In this document: one piece after another, positions 38,755-49,208 of the stretch
How positions within the stretch are numbered: position 1 is the stretch's first letter
Layout: every line of letters starts with the position of its first letter
Origin: Planctomycetota bacterium
GTDB taxonomy: Bacteria > Planctomycetota > GCA-002687715 > CAIWVZ01
NCBI GenBank assembly: GCA_044222185.1
Contig: JBGANV010000007.1
Span: 64,001-128,000, forward strand
DNA length: 64,000 nucleotides
Direction: 5' to 3'
Notes under the pieces: model-generated
The model's database searches: none
What the model was told of the DNA's origin: nothing
The model's input: the letters and a program-made list of their open reading frames with translations, nothing else
Translations under genes and position numbers: made by a program

Positions 38755-39606
38755 CGTACGAACGAGCGTTTCCGGATCCAGCCGGCGCGCTTCGTGGCCT
38801 CTGACGCGCGACACCTCGCGCGACACGACCTCCTCGGTCGAGGACAGGTCTCCGATCGCCGCCTCGCGGGCGTAGCGTGCGAGGAACCTCGACGCGTGCT
38901 CCGTGCCGAGGATCAACTCGCATGCGAGGGCGATGGGCGCGAGGTCTCGCGCATGACGGCGCGATACCGTGCCTCGCCAACGCGAGCGTGCGCCGCGGCC
39001 CGCGTCGATGGCGCGGAACTCGGGCGTCACCATCTCCGGTGCTCGCACGAGGACGTTTCGCGCGTTCAGGTCACCGTGTACGAAGCCGGCGCGATGGACG
39101 CGCGCGACCCACCCCGCGAGCGCATCCACGGCCTCCGCAGCGCCATGCGCGCTCCATCGGCTTGCAGCCGCGAGCCATCGATCGAGACGGATGGCGCCGT
39201 GAAACTCCTCCGTCACGAGGAGCGCCGAGCGAAGCAGCCCGAACTGGCGTCGCTCGCCGAGGGCGAGCCGGCCGACGGTTGGAATGCCGAGCTCCTCCTG
39301 AATGCGCAGACTGCGCCACTCCCGCTCCGCGCGATGCCACCACATGCGCCGCGAGACGATCCGCAGGACGAGATCCAGGGGCGTCGGGTAGTAGAAGCAC
39401 TTCGCGAACACGGCGCGACCGCCGTCGATCTGGAGGCGCCGCACCCAGCTCGTCCGCGACCCCGCCACGAGCTCTCCTCTCGCGAAGGCGTCGATGCCCT
39501 CGAGCGAGGTGATCGCCAGCGCCGCGACCGCGCGTTCTCCACCGGCGTGGAACCGCCAGCGGTCGCCGTGCCAGCGGGCCGAAGGAATGCGGCGCTTCCC
39601 GTTCAT
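38731..39606 (-). CDS. lipopolysaccharide kinase (Kdo/WaaP/InaA family)
   Basis: VFAKCF, RAEREW..L, LLVTEE, catalytic loop HGDLNARNVL and AIDAG. Confidence 0.82.
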   Translation of the reverse strand: MNGKRRIPSARWHGDRWRFHAGGERAVAALAITSLEGIDAFARGELVAGSRTSWVRRLQIDGGRAVFAKCFYYPTPLDLVLRIVSRRMWWHRAEREWRSLRIQEELGIPTVGRLALGERRQFGLLRSALLVTEEFHGAIRLDRWLAAASRWSAHGAAEAVDALAGWVARVHRAGFVHGDLNARNVLVRAPEMVTPEFRAIDAGRGARSRWRGTVSRRHARDLAPIALACELILGTEHASRFLARYAREAAIGDLSSTEEVVSREVSRVRGHEARRLDPETLVRTSARTTGG

Positions 39607-39799
39607 CGCTCAGGAAACTATCAGCCGGCGTTCGACCCAACGGCTGAGGCGAGCCTGGAATCCCCGCGCCGGCGAGGCTCGGCCGCGTGGCGGTTTCGGG
39701 CCGCGAGGAAAATCCGGCGGTTCATTTCGGACGTTCTTCGGGCGGGTCGCGCCAAGGGATTCGGACGCGGTGATCGACCGCGATGGAGGCCGAACCCAG

Positions 39800-40483
39800 A
39801 TGACGACCGACATGATCCTGAACGGCAATGTGGATTTCGCGGACGAGCGGAACCTCGTTCTGGCCCTGCGACGGGGCGACGACGCGGCGTTCGAATTCGT
39901 CGTACGAACGTTCTCTCCCCGCCTGTTGCCGGTCGCGAGGCGTCTCCTGAAGAACGACACGGACGCGGAGGACGCCCTTCAAGATGCGTTTCTGTCTGCG
40001 TTTCGTGGACTCGATGCATTCTGCGAGGGTGCGCGGCTGTCCACCTGGCTTCATCGGATCGTCGTCAACGCGGCGCTGATGAAGCTCCGCCGGCAGCGCC
40101 GGAAGCCCGAGTGTTCAATCGACGAGCTCCTGCCGCGCTTCGACGCCGAGGGGCATCACGCCATCCCGATTGCAGCCGCCAGCGCCACGGCCGAGTCCTC
40201 GATCACGCGCGACGAACTGCATGCCCTCGTGCGGTCTCGCATCGCCGAGCTTCCGGACGACTATCGGAACGTGCTCGTCCTTCGCGACATCGAGGAACTC
40301 GACACGGAGGAAACCGCCGAGGTTCTCGGGATCAGCATCGCGGCCGTGAAGACCCGCCTGCATCGCGCGCGCCAGGCGCTGCGGACGCTGATCGCTCCGA
40401 GCCTCTTCGGCGCCGATGAGGCGAAGGACGCCGCGCCCGGACGGACGGCGCGGCGCCGCGACGTGGCGGCGCTCCTCGTGTGA
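39800..40483 (+). CDS. ECF RNA polymerase sigma factor
   Basis: GGAGG upstream; region 2 GDDAAFE..DAEDALQDAF..LSTWLHRIVVN and region 4 LPDDYRNVLVLRDIEEL..AEVLGISIAAVKTRLHRAR. Confidence 0.92.
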   Translation: MTTDMILNGNVDFADERNLVLALRRGDDAAFEFVVRTFSPRLLPVARRLLKNDTDAEDALQDAFLSAFRGLDAFCEGARLSTWLHRIVVNAALMKLRRQRRKPECSIDELLPRFDAEGHHAIPIAAASATAESSITRDELHALVRSRIAELPDDYRNVLVLRDIEELDTEETAEVLGISIAAVKTRLHRARQALRTLIAPSLFGADEAKDAAPGRTARRRDVAALLV

Positions 40484-40486
40484 CGT

Positions 40487-43400
40487 TCAGGGCAAGAGGA
40501 GGCCGCGGGCTCTCAGGATGTCGCGCAGGGCGGCAACCGCCGACGGCTCGGCGGTATCGATGGCTCGCAGCCCATCGGATCGGATGCGTCCCCGGATCAT
40601 GCGGCGCCATGACTGGGGCGTCGTCGGGGCGAACGCGATCCGGGTTCCGGCGACCGTGCTCACGGTGAGCGGGCGACCCATTCTGTCGAACCATCTCTGG
40701 GCGAACGCCACGCGCGCGTCGTCGGAGGGCAGATTTGCCGCCACATCGGCGACGGCCCGCAACGTCTCGACCGTGTCGTCGAGCGAGGCGACGAAGGCCA
40801 CCAGGTCGCGAGGCTCGATCGGAGCCGGCGCCGAGTCCGTGCCGGTGGCCGCGGCCGCCAGTTGCTCGAAGGCCTGGGGCTGAACCGGGCCAAGCACGGC
40901 GAACAGGGCGACGCGATCACGCGCCGTGCGTCCGACGGACCAGCGGCGCCACAAGTCCAGGAGTTCCGGCCCCAGCGCCTTCTTCGCCGACGCAGGGAGG
41001 AGTCGGACGACGTCGATGACGGAACCTCGCTCCGGTCCCTCGGGCGCCGATGGATCCGGGCACGCCTCGGGCGACCCGAGGTAGTGCTTCAGGTCTTCCT
41101 TCGTCCATTGCGCCGCTCGTGCGGTCAGCGGCGATCCGTCGGGCAATCGTCCGAATCGTTGCACGTCCTGCGGCGTTGCCTGATTCGAAAGGTCGCTCCA
41201 CCAGGCGTTGACGTCCGCGTCGCTGGCGTTCTGGCTTCGGGTGAGCGCCGCCTCGAGCCAGCCGCGCACGATCGTGCCGGCGTCGGGCTCGCCGGCGCGC
41301 GCGCGCAGTCGCGTGTCGGTCCGCGTGTTCTCCGGATCGTCGAGGCTCCAAGGCACGGCGATGAAGTGCGCGTCGCCGAGAGCCCTGATGAGGATCGAGA
41401 CGATGGGCCCCTCGCGGGTTTGCGACAGCGCTGCCGCCACGGTTTCCGGATCGAACTCGACCCTCCGCCTGACCTCCGCCTCGAGCATCTGGAGCCGCGA
41501 CTCGGAGAGGTTTTGAAGCGCAACGAGCCGCGCGATCGGCAGGTCCTCGAATGGATTCGCTTCGATCCGAGCCAGGGCGGAGACGACTTCGTCGGCCACG
41601 TCCCGGGGGACGTCCTGCCGGAGTGCCTCGCGGAGGATCGCGACGGCGTCCGGCCGATCGAGAATCAGCTCCAGCGCTCTCTGCGCCGTCTCGCGGGACC
41701 TGAGTCGGGCGACGAACACGGGGACGGGAAGCGCGGCGCGGTCTCGCTTGTCGATCGCCTCGAGCGCCGGCATGGCCCATTCCGCGGAGCCCGTCGACGC
41801 CAGGCCCATGAGCATCAGTCCGAGAGTCGACTGGATCGGGACGCGTCCGCGCATGCGCGCGAGTACGGTCGTCGTCACGTCCTGCGCACGGGCGCTCGTG
41901 GCCGGATCGCCGCGCGCCCAGGCCACGATCACGCGGACGCGTTCCTGGATTGCCGCTGCGTCCGTGTCCGTCGTCACGGCCTCCGTTGGCAACGCTCCCG
42001 GGTCGAGGTCTCCGTTCACGAGGCTCGCGACGAGTGCGTCGGCGGCCGCGCGGTGCAACGCGGCGGCCTCGTCGAGCAACGTGGAAAACGATGCGTCGAC
42101 GCGTGCCCCGAACGGCGGGCGGACGACTGCCGCGCCGAACTCCAAGCCAAGCCGGGCCCATCGCACGTCGCCACGGTCCGTGGCGAGACGGCCGCGCACG
42201 AGGCGAATCAGCTCGAGCCAGCTGGCGAGCACGGCTTCGCTCCCGGTTGCGTCGCCGGTGACGATGCCATCGACGGTCGCGACCGCGTGAGCCGAGCCCG
42301 CGAAGGCGTCATTCAACCGCAGGTCGAGGATCGCATCCAGTCGCTCGCCGCGAGCGTCGGCCGAAGAGTCGTCGCCCCGTCGATCTCCCAGGGCCCTCAC
42401 GAGCATTCCCGGGTCGAACGAGCGTCGGATCGCGATCAACGCGGCGAGCCGCGCTTGCAGCGGCGTCATGGCCGGATCGCCGAGTTTCCAGCGGTCACCG
42501 AAGGCGCGCCCCTCGGTGGTCTGGCCGATGGCTGCGGCCAGCGCGGCGAGGGCCTCGATCGCGGGCGGATCGCCGAGGATCTCGGCGATCACGGGGCCGT
42601 TCAGGAGCTCCGTTCGATTCGCGCCCAGGGCCAGTACGAGCGGTACAAGCACCTCGGGCGTGCGAAGGAGCGGCGCGAGAGACCTCACCGCAGAGGCGAG
42701 CGTGGGACATGCGTCCGCGAGCGGAAGCCCGGCGAGCATGTCGAGGCGCGCGCGAAGAACGGCAGCGTCCGTGATGGACGGCAACGCCGCAATTGTCTCG
42801 TCGCGGATCTTCCCGATCGTCGCGGTCGAGAGCGCGTTCACGGTCGTCCGCGGCGCAACGGGCGCGCCCTCGTCCACGGCCCTGACGGCCATCCACGCGC
42901 CAGCGCCGACCAGCGCCGGGTTCTGAACCGCCCAGGCCGAATCCGGCGGCCAGGAGGCCTCGGTCGCGGACGTCACGACGAGTCGCATCCGGACCGTTCG
43001 CCGGCCGTCGTCTCCCGCGTCGTCGAAACCGATGAGGATCCGGTCATCGCGCAGGTCACCGGATGGCGTCGCCGTCAGGATCTGGCAGCCGGGCGGCAGC
43101 GGGCACTCGACGAGGAGCGGACCCGAGTCCTTCGGCGCCGTCACGCTCGTCTGGACGTCGAGCATCTCGCCGACGCGAAACGACAGCCGATCGGGCGCGC
43201 TGGCGGGCAGCGGCGAATCGGCACCGGCTCGTCGTACCTCGCGGACGACCGAGAGCAGGCCTGTCGAGGTGCGCGCCGCGTCCGGCCGCGGATGCCACGG
43301 GCGACGAATGAACGCGAAGACGGGACCGCTCGTCGCACGAACGGTGAAGGGGCGATCCTGCGCGCTCAAGTCGATCGTCTTCCGTGCGCCGCGACCAGCG

Positions 43401-46400
43401 ACGAGATCCACCGTCGAGACGGAGGGAACGCCCTCGACGTGCACGGTGACCGGAGGCAGCTCGGTGGGAAGCGGTGTCGTCCGAGTGCGCGCGAGCGCCG
43501 CGATGGCCAGCGCTCGCGAAAGCGGATCGCTCTCCGGGTTCGCTGCAAGCGCCGTCGTCACGGCCTCCGCCAATCGCTTGCGAACGGGCGGCGAGGCCTC
43601 GACCAGCGCCGCGAGCTCGAGCCTGTGCGCGGCCCGGGCGACGGCACTCTCGAGCCACGCCGGGCGAGTCACGTCGGCCACGGTGTCGCCGGCTTCGATC
43701 CGCGAGAAGGCAAGCTGGGCGCCCTCCGCGTCACCGGCGCGAGCGAGGACTGCTGCCGCCCAGGCGAGCAGCCCTGGAGGCTGGCGCGTCGATTGGCGGA
43801 CGAACGCCGCCACGGCATCGCGCGCGAACGCATGCGTCGCGTCGTACTCGAACGCGGCAATGGCCGTCGTCGTGACGATGGTCGGACGCTGCGCCACCGG
43901 CACGCGGTTGTTCCACGGCGCGAACTCCTGGATCTCCTCACCTTGGACGGCGACGGCGCCGTTTCCCCGCGCATCACTGAAGATCCTCCCGGCGAGGCGG
44001 GGGAACCCATCGCGGAAGTCGGGGAGGACGTTCAGCGCGTCGACGTCCAGGCCGAACGATCGAGCTACGGCGAACAGGTGAACGAGTCCCGGCGTCAGCT
44101 CGAAGTCCGTCGCCACGCCCTGGAGGCGCGCGAGGCCGTCCGCGGTACGGAACGTCCGCAGTCGGGCCGCGCGTTCGCCCGCGGCGCGGCGGGTGAGCTC
44201 GTCGCCGCCACTTGGCACCGGGTCTCCGAGGAGCTGCGCGAGCATGGTCGCAGCGAGGGCGTCGGCGGTGGGTGTACCGTCGACGAGGAGCTCCTCGCGG
44301 ACCTGGCGCACGAGTGCTGCTTCGCCGTACGCGAGGATGAGGGCCGTACCCGGCACTGTTTCCGCCGCCACGCTCGTGGCTTGACCGGCCGTCACGGGTT
44401 CCGTTCGCCACGTGCGTCCGACGGGCGTTGCGCCGACGGGGAAACGGGCCGAGTTCGTCGCGGCGACCCGGCCGTCCGCGCCCGCGGCCAGCACGCGGAA
44501 TTCGACGGAACCCGCGTTCGTGCGCGCCTGGATCCCGTAACGCCGCACGGCGACCTCGCCGGGCGTGAGCGTGATCGACTCGTGGGCGTCGATGAGCGGC
44601 GGATCGGTGACCGCGCCCGCGGCGATCGCCGTCGCGCGCAGTTCCAGGGTTCGTGGGGCGGCTTCGTCGGGGCCGATCCTCACCACGACCGTGGTCTGGT
44701 CACCTGGCCGCATGAACGACGGGGCGACGACGGCGATCGGCACGGCCCCGGTCGAGTCGATGGACGCCATGCCGAGACCCGGTGCACCGCCATCGTCGAA
44801 CGCGATCGCCGTGACACGCATGCGGCCAGGGCGATCCGGCATCGTCACGCGCGCCGCCACGCGCCCATCTGCGTCCGTCTCGAGGTCCGCGGCGAAGAAG
44901 ACCGTCCCCAGGGTGCTCGGCAACGTCCCCGACTCTCCGCGAAACGGGTTGAGCGGGGCCGACGGCGCGCTCACGCCGACCGAGCGGAACACGACGGAGT
45001 CATCGGACTCGCTCAGCACCGCGCCGACGGATCCGCCGGAGATCAGCTGGCCGACGACGCGCAGCGGCCTGTTGAGCGGAGCCGTGGCGAGCGTGTGGAC
45101 GTAGCTCGGTCGCAGCTGCGGTCGCATCAGTTCCGCGAGGTCCGAAGCGCGCAGATTGAACAGCGCTTGATCCTCGTCGACGACGGACAGGGCCACGCGG
45201 GCCTGTCTCGGGTTGCCGTTCCGGCTCGTCACGCGGACGGCGATCGAGGCTTCGGCGCCGGGTTGCACGCGCCGCGGAGCATCGCAGGCGACGACGAGGT
45301 TGCCGCCGGGTGGCGCCACGTCGACGACCAACGCCGCGTCGGCAGGGCGTTCGCGACGGGCTCGGAGTTCAGTCGCGACCGCCGCTCCCTCGCAAGGGCC
45401 GCTGGCGCGGCTGGCCGCGAGTTGAACGCGCGGCCACCACCTGCCGTCGGTCGCGAACGTCGCGGTGCCCTCCCCCCGATCGTCGAGCAGGACGCTCTGG
45501 ACGGCGATGGGGCCGATGCGCACCGCCGACACGAGGAAGCGCGTCCCGGGATCGCCGCGGAGCCGGACGGTGAGCGGTTCGCCCACGGCGGGGGCTGGTG
45601 TTTCGAGGTCCAGGGTCGCCACGGCGTCGGCCGTGCGCGCCGATCCTTCCGAGGGCACCCGGATGTCCCCGTTCCACGCGACGGTGGCCTGGTCGGATCC
45701 GCGGACGAGAATGCTGAGCTTGACCACGCCTTCGCGGACCAACGCCGCGGCGTCGAGTCCGGAAAGGCCCAACGACAGCTGTGTCCGTCCCGAGTCGTCC
45801 ACCGTGAACTCGTGGGATTCGCGATGGGCTCCGAGGGTGCAGGTGAGAGTTCCAGTCAGAGGCCCCGGCGACGTACCGTTCGACAGCCGCGCCGTGACGT
45901 CGATCTGCGGGTCGGGGTCGCCGGGGCGGTAGGTCGACGTCGTTCGTGCGTGGATCGTCAGCGGCGATCGCGCGGAGTCGCGCACGGAGAAGACCGGGAC
46001 GTCGGCCGCGACGTCGGCGTCGTCTTCGGGCTTGTCATCCGCCGGGACCTGCACGCGGATGCGCGCCACGCCCGGCCCCACGCCCGCGGGGAGCGTGAAC
46101 GTGACGTCGAATCCGCCGTGTTCGTCCGTGGCCCCGTGGAACGCGAGCGTCTGCGGTTGACGCGGAAACGCCGTGACGACGACCCTCGTTCTTGCTGCGC
46201 GGGTGAGACCCCAGGGGCGGTCGGGCAGCATGCCGGCGGCCGGCTCCTGACCGATCCCTGCCAGCTTCCAAAGCGAGACGCGCATGCGGACGACGTCGCC
46301 CGGGTCGTGGAAGGCCCGGTCCACGTCGACGTGCGCGACGTGTCCGGGGATCGTCGCCGGCTGGACCGCATCGGCTGTGAACGCGGCGACGGCGAGGTGT

Positions 46401-47467
46401 CGGCCGTACGACGCCTGGATGAGGGTGTGACGCGGTGCGAGCGCTCCCACCCAGGTGCCATCGTCGCGAGTCACGCCCGTGATCACCGCCGGCCATGCGC
46501 CGCCGTCGGTGCGATTGAACCCGGCCTGGGCTCTGGGATCGGTCGAGAACCGGAGTTTCACGCCAGGTGCGGGTTTGCCGGCGAGCGTCGCGAGGAGCGT
46601 CGCGCCGCCCGTCGTGCCGTGAGCGACGATCTCCAGGTCGGAGACGATGAGCGCGCGTACGCGACGTGCGCCCGTGACGGGGGAGGCGACCTCCACGCGA
46701 TACGCGCCGGGCTCGAAGCCGGGAAGCGGGTCGAGGGTGACGTCGCGGGGAAGGATGCGGTTGATCACGGGAGCCGAGGTCGGCGCGACGAACGACTCCG
46801 GCTCGAGCTCCTGCGTGTCGACGTCGATTCGGTGGACCTGCAGCGCGACGGATTCGGCGAGCGGCCACGGAAGGGGAATGGGCGTGCCGGAGGGGATCCG
46901 GATGGACGAGGGCCGCTGGCTCGCGAATTCGAGCAGGTAGCGCCGGGCCTGATCGAGGGCGAGGTGATCGGACGTCGGGATTCGCGCGCGCCGTGCGACG
47001 ACGTCGGCGAAGCCGGGCAGGAGCGCGGCGACCTCCGCGGACGAGGGGGCCTCGACGCGATGACGGCCGTCCCCCTCGGGGCGTTCGACGAATGGCTCGA
47101 AGAGGTCGGCACAGGACTGGGATTCGATGAGCATCGCCGCGAGGCCGGCGACGATCGCCGTGTCGGCGGCGGCGTCGTCGACGTAGGCGCGAGCGACGCC
47201 GAGCATCGCCCGCGGTCGCCGGCTCGGCGGCTCGGCCGCCGCGCGCAGGAGTGCGATCCGCGGAGCCATCTCCGTGGCGACAGCGGGATCGAGCGTGAAC
47301 GTGAGGTCGTCGAGCGCGGTGCGTGCGAGGACGGAGTCGTCGCGCAGCAGGGCTTCCTGGATCGGCGCCAGCGGCGACGAGGCGGGGAGCAGGACCTGGG
47401 CCGAAGCATGGCCCGCGAGGAGCGCGGACCCGACGGCAGCGAGCACCCGGATGATGAGAGTGCGCAT
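40487..47467 (-). CDS. alpha-2-macroglobulin-like giant secreted protein
   Basis: Signal peptide, MG2-like DRAFHDPGDVV, VALSVVDE, A2M-like TVFFAADLETDADG..MPDRPGRMRV..APSFMRPGD, and an MG10-like segment LLVECPLPPGC..DLRDDRI. Confidence 0.75.
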   Translation of the reverse strand: MRTLIIRVLAAVGSALLAGHASAQVLLPASSPLAPIQEALLRDDSVLARTALDDLTFTLDPAVATEMAPRIALLRAAAEPPSRRPRAMLGVARAYVDDAAADTAIVAGLAAMLIESQSCADLFEPFVERPEGDGRHRVEAPSSAEVAALLPGFADVVARRARIPTSDHLALDQARRYLLEFASQRPSSIRIPSGTPIPLPWPLAESVALQVHRIDVDTQELEPESFVAPTSAPVINRILPRDVTLDPLPGFEPGAYRVEVASPVTGARRVRALIVSDLEIVAHGTTGGATLLATLAGKPAPGVKLRFSTDPRAQAGFNRTDGGAWPAVITGVTRDDGTWVGALAPRHTLIQASYGRHLAVAAFTADAVQPATIPGHVAHVDVDRAFHDPGDVVRMRVSLWKLAGIGQEPAAGMLPDRPWGLTRAARTRVVVTAFPRQPQTLAFHGATDEHGGFDVTFTLPAGVGPGVARIRVQVPADDKPEDDADVAADVPVFSVRDSARSPLTIHARTTSTYRPGDPDPQIDVTARLSNGTSPGPLTGTLTCTLGAHRESHEFTVDDSGRTQLSLGLSGLDAAALVREGVVKLSILVRGSDQATVAWNGDIRVPSEGSARTADAVATLDLETPAPAVGEPLTVRLRGDPGTRFLVSAVRIGPIAVQSVLLDDRGEGTATFATDGRWWPRVQLAASRASGPCEGAAVATELRARRERPADAALVVDVAPPGGNLVVACDAPRRVQPGAEASIAVRVTSRNGNPRQARVALSVVDEDQALFNLRASDLAELMRPQLRPSYVHTLATAPLNRPLRVVGQLISGGSVGAVLSESDDSVVFRSVGVSAPSAPLNPFRGESGTLPSTLGTVFFAADLETDADGRVAARVTMPDRPGRMRVTAIAFDDGGAPGLGMASIDSTGAVPIAVVAPSFMRPGDQTTVVVRIGPDEAAPRTLELRATAIAAGAVTDPPLIDAHESITLTPGEVAVRRYGIQARTNAGSVEFRVLAAGADGRVAATNSARFPVGATPVGRTWRTEPVTAGQATSVAAETVPGTALILAYGEAALVRQVREELLVDGTPTADALAATMLAQLLGDPVPSGGDELTRRAAGERAARLRTFRTADGLARLQGVATDFELTPGLVHLFAVARSFGLDVDALNVLPDFRDGFPRLAGRIFSDARGNGAVAVQGEEIQEFAPWNNRVPVAQRPTIVTTTAIAAFEYDATHAFARDAVAAFVRQSTRQPPGLLAWAAAVLARAGDAEGAQLAFSRIEAGDTVADVTRPAWLESAVARAAHRLELAALVEASPPVRKRLAEAVTTALAANPESDPLSRALAIAALARTRTTPLPTELPPVTVHVEGVPSVSTVDLVAGRGARKTIDLSAQDRPFTVRATSGPVFAFIRRPWHPRPDAARTSTGLLSVVREVRRAGADSPLPASAPDRLSFRVGEMLDVQTSVTAPKDSGPLLVECPLPPGCQILTATPSGDLRDDRILIGFDDAGDDGRRTVRMRLVVTSATEASWPPDSAWAVQNPALVGAGAWMAVRAVDEGAPVAPRTTVNALSTATIGKIRDETIAALPSITDAAVLRARLDMLAGLPLADACPTLASAVRSLAPLLRTPEVLVPLVLALGANRTELLNGPVIAEILGDPPAIEALAALAAAIGQTTEGRAFGDRWKLGDPAMTPLQARLAALIAIRRSFDPGMLVRALGDRRGDDSSADARGERLDAILDLRLNDAFAGSAHAVATVDGIVTGDATGSEAVLASWLELIRLVRGRLATDRGDVRWARLGLEFGAAVVRPPFGARVDASFSTLLDEAAALHRAAADALVASLVNGDLDPGALPTEAVTTDTDAAAIQERVRVIVAWARGDPATSARAQDVTTTVLARMRGRVPIQSTLGLMLMGLASTGSAEWAMPALEAIDKRDRAALPVPVFVARLRSRETAQRALELILDRPDAVAILREALRQDVPRDVADEVVSALARIEANPFEDLPIARLVALQNLSESRLQMLEAEVRRRVEFDPETVAAALSQTREGPIVSILIRALGDAHFIAVPWSLDDPENTRTDTRLRARAGEPDAGTIVRGWLEAALTRSQNASDADVNAWWSDLSNQATPQDVQRFGRLPDGSPLTARAAQWTKEDLKHYLGSPEACPDPSAPEGPERGSVIDVVRLLPASAKKALGPELLDLWRRWSVGRTARDRVALFAVLGPVQPQAFEQLAAAATGTDSAPAPIEPRDLVAFVASLDDTVETLRAVADVAANLPSDDARVAFAQRWFDRMGRPLTVSTVAGTRIAFAPTTPQSWRRMIRGRIRSDGLRAIDTAEPSAVAALRDILRARGLLLP

Positions 47468-47537
47468 GAGCCCGAGGGAGGTAGGACCGGTGGCGGGGGT
47501 CCGCGGCGGAGTCTACCACGCAGCCCCGCGACGGCGG

Positions 47538-48638
47538 CTATGCGTTTCGTGCGCGGTCGCGCAGCGGTTCTTGGCGCACGAGACAGTCCCGGCACGGCGA
47601 AGGGACCTCACCCGTGGCCATGGCGCGGCGAAGGCTGCGCGCCGGCGCGCCATTCCAGACGGCGTCGAATCCTTCGCGGTAGACGTTCCCGAGTCGGAGT
47701 TCGCGGGGTCCGCGACAACACGGAAAGGCCTCGCCGTCGGGCTCGACCTTCAGGTAATGACCGACCTGGGGGCAATACCCCGCCGCTTCGAGTGCCAGCT
47801 TGTCCTGCAGCGAGTCGACGACCAATGCCTCGGTGATCCGCAGGCCCTCCTCGCGGACCTTCCAGCGGCCTCCATGCGGACCGGCGATCCGGAGCGTGAG
47901 GTTGACCCCGCGGCGATGCGCCCGTTCCCGGGACGTTCGCAGGATCTCCTCCACTCGCTCGGCGCCGAGCCGGGCGACCGAGTGCTCCGCCGCATCGCTG
48001 GTGTTGTAGAGCTGCTCGAGAACCGTCACCTCGAACCCACCGTGATCCGCCACGAAGTCGATGAGCTCGGGGAGATGCGGAGCCGTTTCCGCCATGAACA
48101 CCGAGTGGACGACGCAAGCGATCTGCTCCGCCACGGCCCGCTGGAGCGCGTAGGTGATGTTGGGCAGGGCCTTCGCCCATTTTGCGGGCCACCGAACGGC
48201 CTCGAAGACGTGTGGAACGCTGGAATCGAGGGAGAGAGTGAGGCGGTAGAGGTGCGGCACCAGGCGGTCGAGCACCTCGGGCGTGAGCAGCGTCACGTTC
48301 GTGATGAGGTCGATGAACACGCGGTGCTCGCGGCACATGGCGATCATCGTGTCCACGTCGTTCAAGAGCGGCTCGCTCGTCGCCGACGGCACCCAAACGG
48401 TGACGCTCGGCAGGACGGAGCCGAGAAACGTGACCGCCTCAGCTTTCGGGGCGCGAATGACGGGCGGGTTCTCGGCCTGGCTGCACATGGGGCATCGCAG
48501 GTTGCACGCGGACGTGAAGGCATATTCCAGGATCGAAGGCCCGTGCTCGAACTGCTCGTCTCCTCGCGTGACGGACCGAGCTTCGCGTACGAACGCGCGG
48601 AGCACGGCGTCGACTTTTGCAGTGGTCGGATCGGGCAT
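47538..48638 (-). CDS. radical SAM protein with SPASM/twitch domain
   Basis: CNLRCPMC motif, SEPLL, SLDS, and C-terminal C...VEPDGEAFPCC..LGNV..VWNG..CRDC. Confidence 0.9.
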   Translation of the reverse strand: MPDPTTAKVDAVLRAFVREARSVTRGDEQFEHGPSILEYAFTSACNLRCPMCSQAENPPVIRAPKAEAVTFLGSVLPSVTVWVPSATSEPLLNDVDTMIAMCREHRVFIDLITNVTLLTPEVLDRLVPHLYRLTLSLDSSVPHVFEAVRWPAKWAKALPNITYALQRAVAEQIACVVHSVFMAETAPHLPELIDFVADHGGFEVTVLEQLYNTSDAAEHSVARLGAERVEEILRTSRERAHRRGVNLTLRIAGPHGGRWKVREEGLRITEALVVDSLQDKLALEAAGYCPQVGHYLKVEPDGEAFPCCRGPRELRLGNVYREGFDAVWNGAPARSLRRAMATGEVPSPCRDCLVRQEPLRDRARNA

Positions 48639-48702
48639 GCGGACGCCATGGTAGCCGACCGCGGGCCGTGCGTATCATCGCCGCTCAACTGGAGGTTCAA
48701 CG

Positions 48703-49191
48703 ATGTCGAACAAGCCGCTGGTGGCCGTGTTGATGGGCAGCAAGTCGGACTGGGAGACGATGCGCCACTGCGACGAGACGCTCACGAGCTTCGAAGTCGC
48801 ACACGAGTGCCGCGTCATCTCCGCCCATCGTGCACCCGCTGCGCTGACGGAGTTCGTGAGTGGCGCCGAGGCTCGCGGGGTGGAGGTCCTCATCTGCGCC
48901 GCGGGCGGAGCGGCCCATCTCGCCGGGGTGACGGCCGCACAGACCGTCCTCCCGGTCCTCGGCATTCCCATGGAAGGCTCGGCGCTGAACGGGCTCGATG
49001 CGCTGCTCTCAACCGTTCAGATGCCCGGCGGAATTCCCGTCGGAACACTGGCGATCGGCAAGGCTGGCGCCGTGAACGCCGCGCTGCTCGCCGTCGCGAT
49101 CCTGGCCAACAAGCGGCCGGAGTTGCGGGACCGGCTGCGCCGATTCCGCGAGGATCAGACGAAGAAGGTCCTCGCGACGACCGTTCCCTGA
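48703..49191 (+). CDS. purE: N5-carboxyaminoimidazole ribonucleotide mutase
   Basis: GGAGG RBS; MGSKSD, SAHR, AGGAAHLAG and LLSTVQMPGGIPV. Confidence 0.97.
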   Translation: MSNKPLVAVLMGSKSDWETMRHCDETLTSFEVAHECRVISAHRAPAALTEFVSGAEARGVEVLICAAGGAAHLAGVTAAQTVLPVLGIPMEGSALNGLDALLSTVQMPGGIPVGTLAIGKAGAVNAALLAVAILANKRPELRDRLRRFREDQTKKVLATTVP

Positions 49192-49208
49192 TCGGCGCGC
49201 GATCGCGG

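Noticed and set aside
40862-47836. 2324-aa plus-strand ORF
   Set aside because: Antisense shadow of the A2M-like gene. It is Arg/Gly-rich and motif-free, as expected from high-GC codon bias.
47538-48638. Radical SAM/SPASM enzyme as a second maturase for the KSCG precursor
   Set aside because: It lies 11 kb away with unrelated genes between, and no adjacent precursor or RRE domain is seen.
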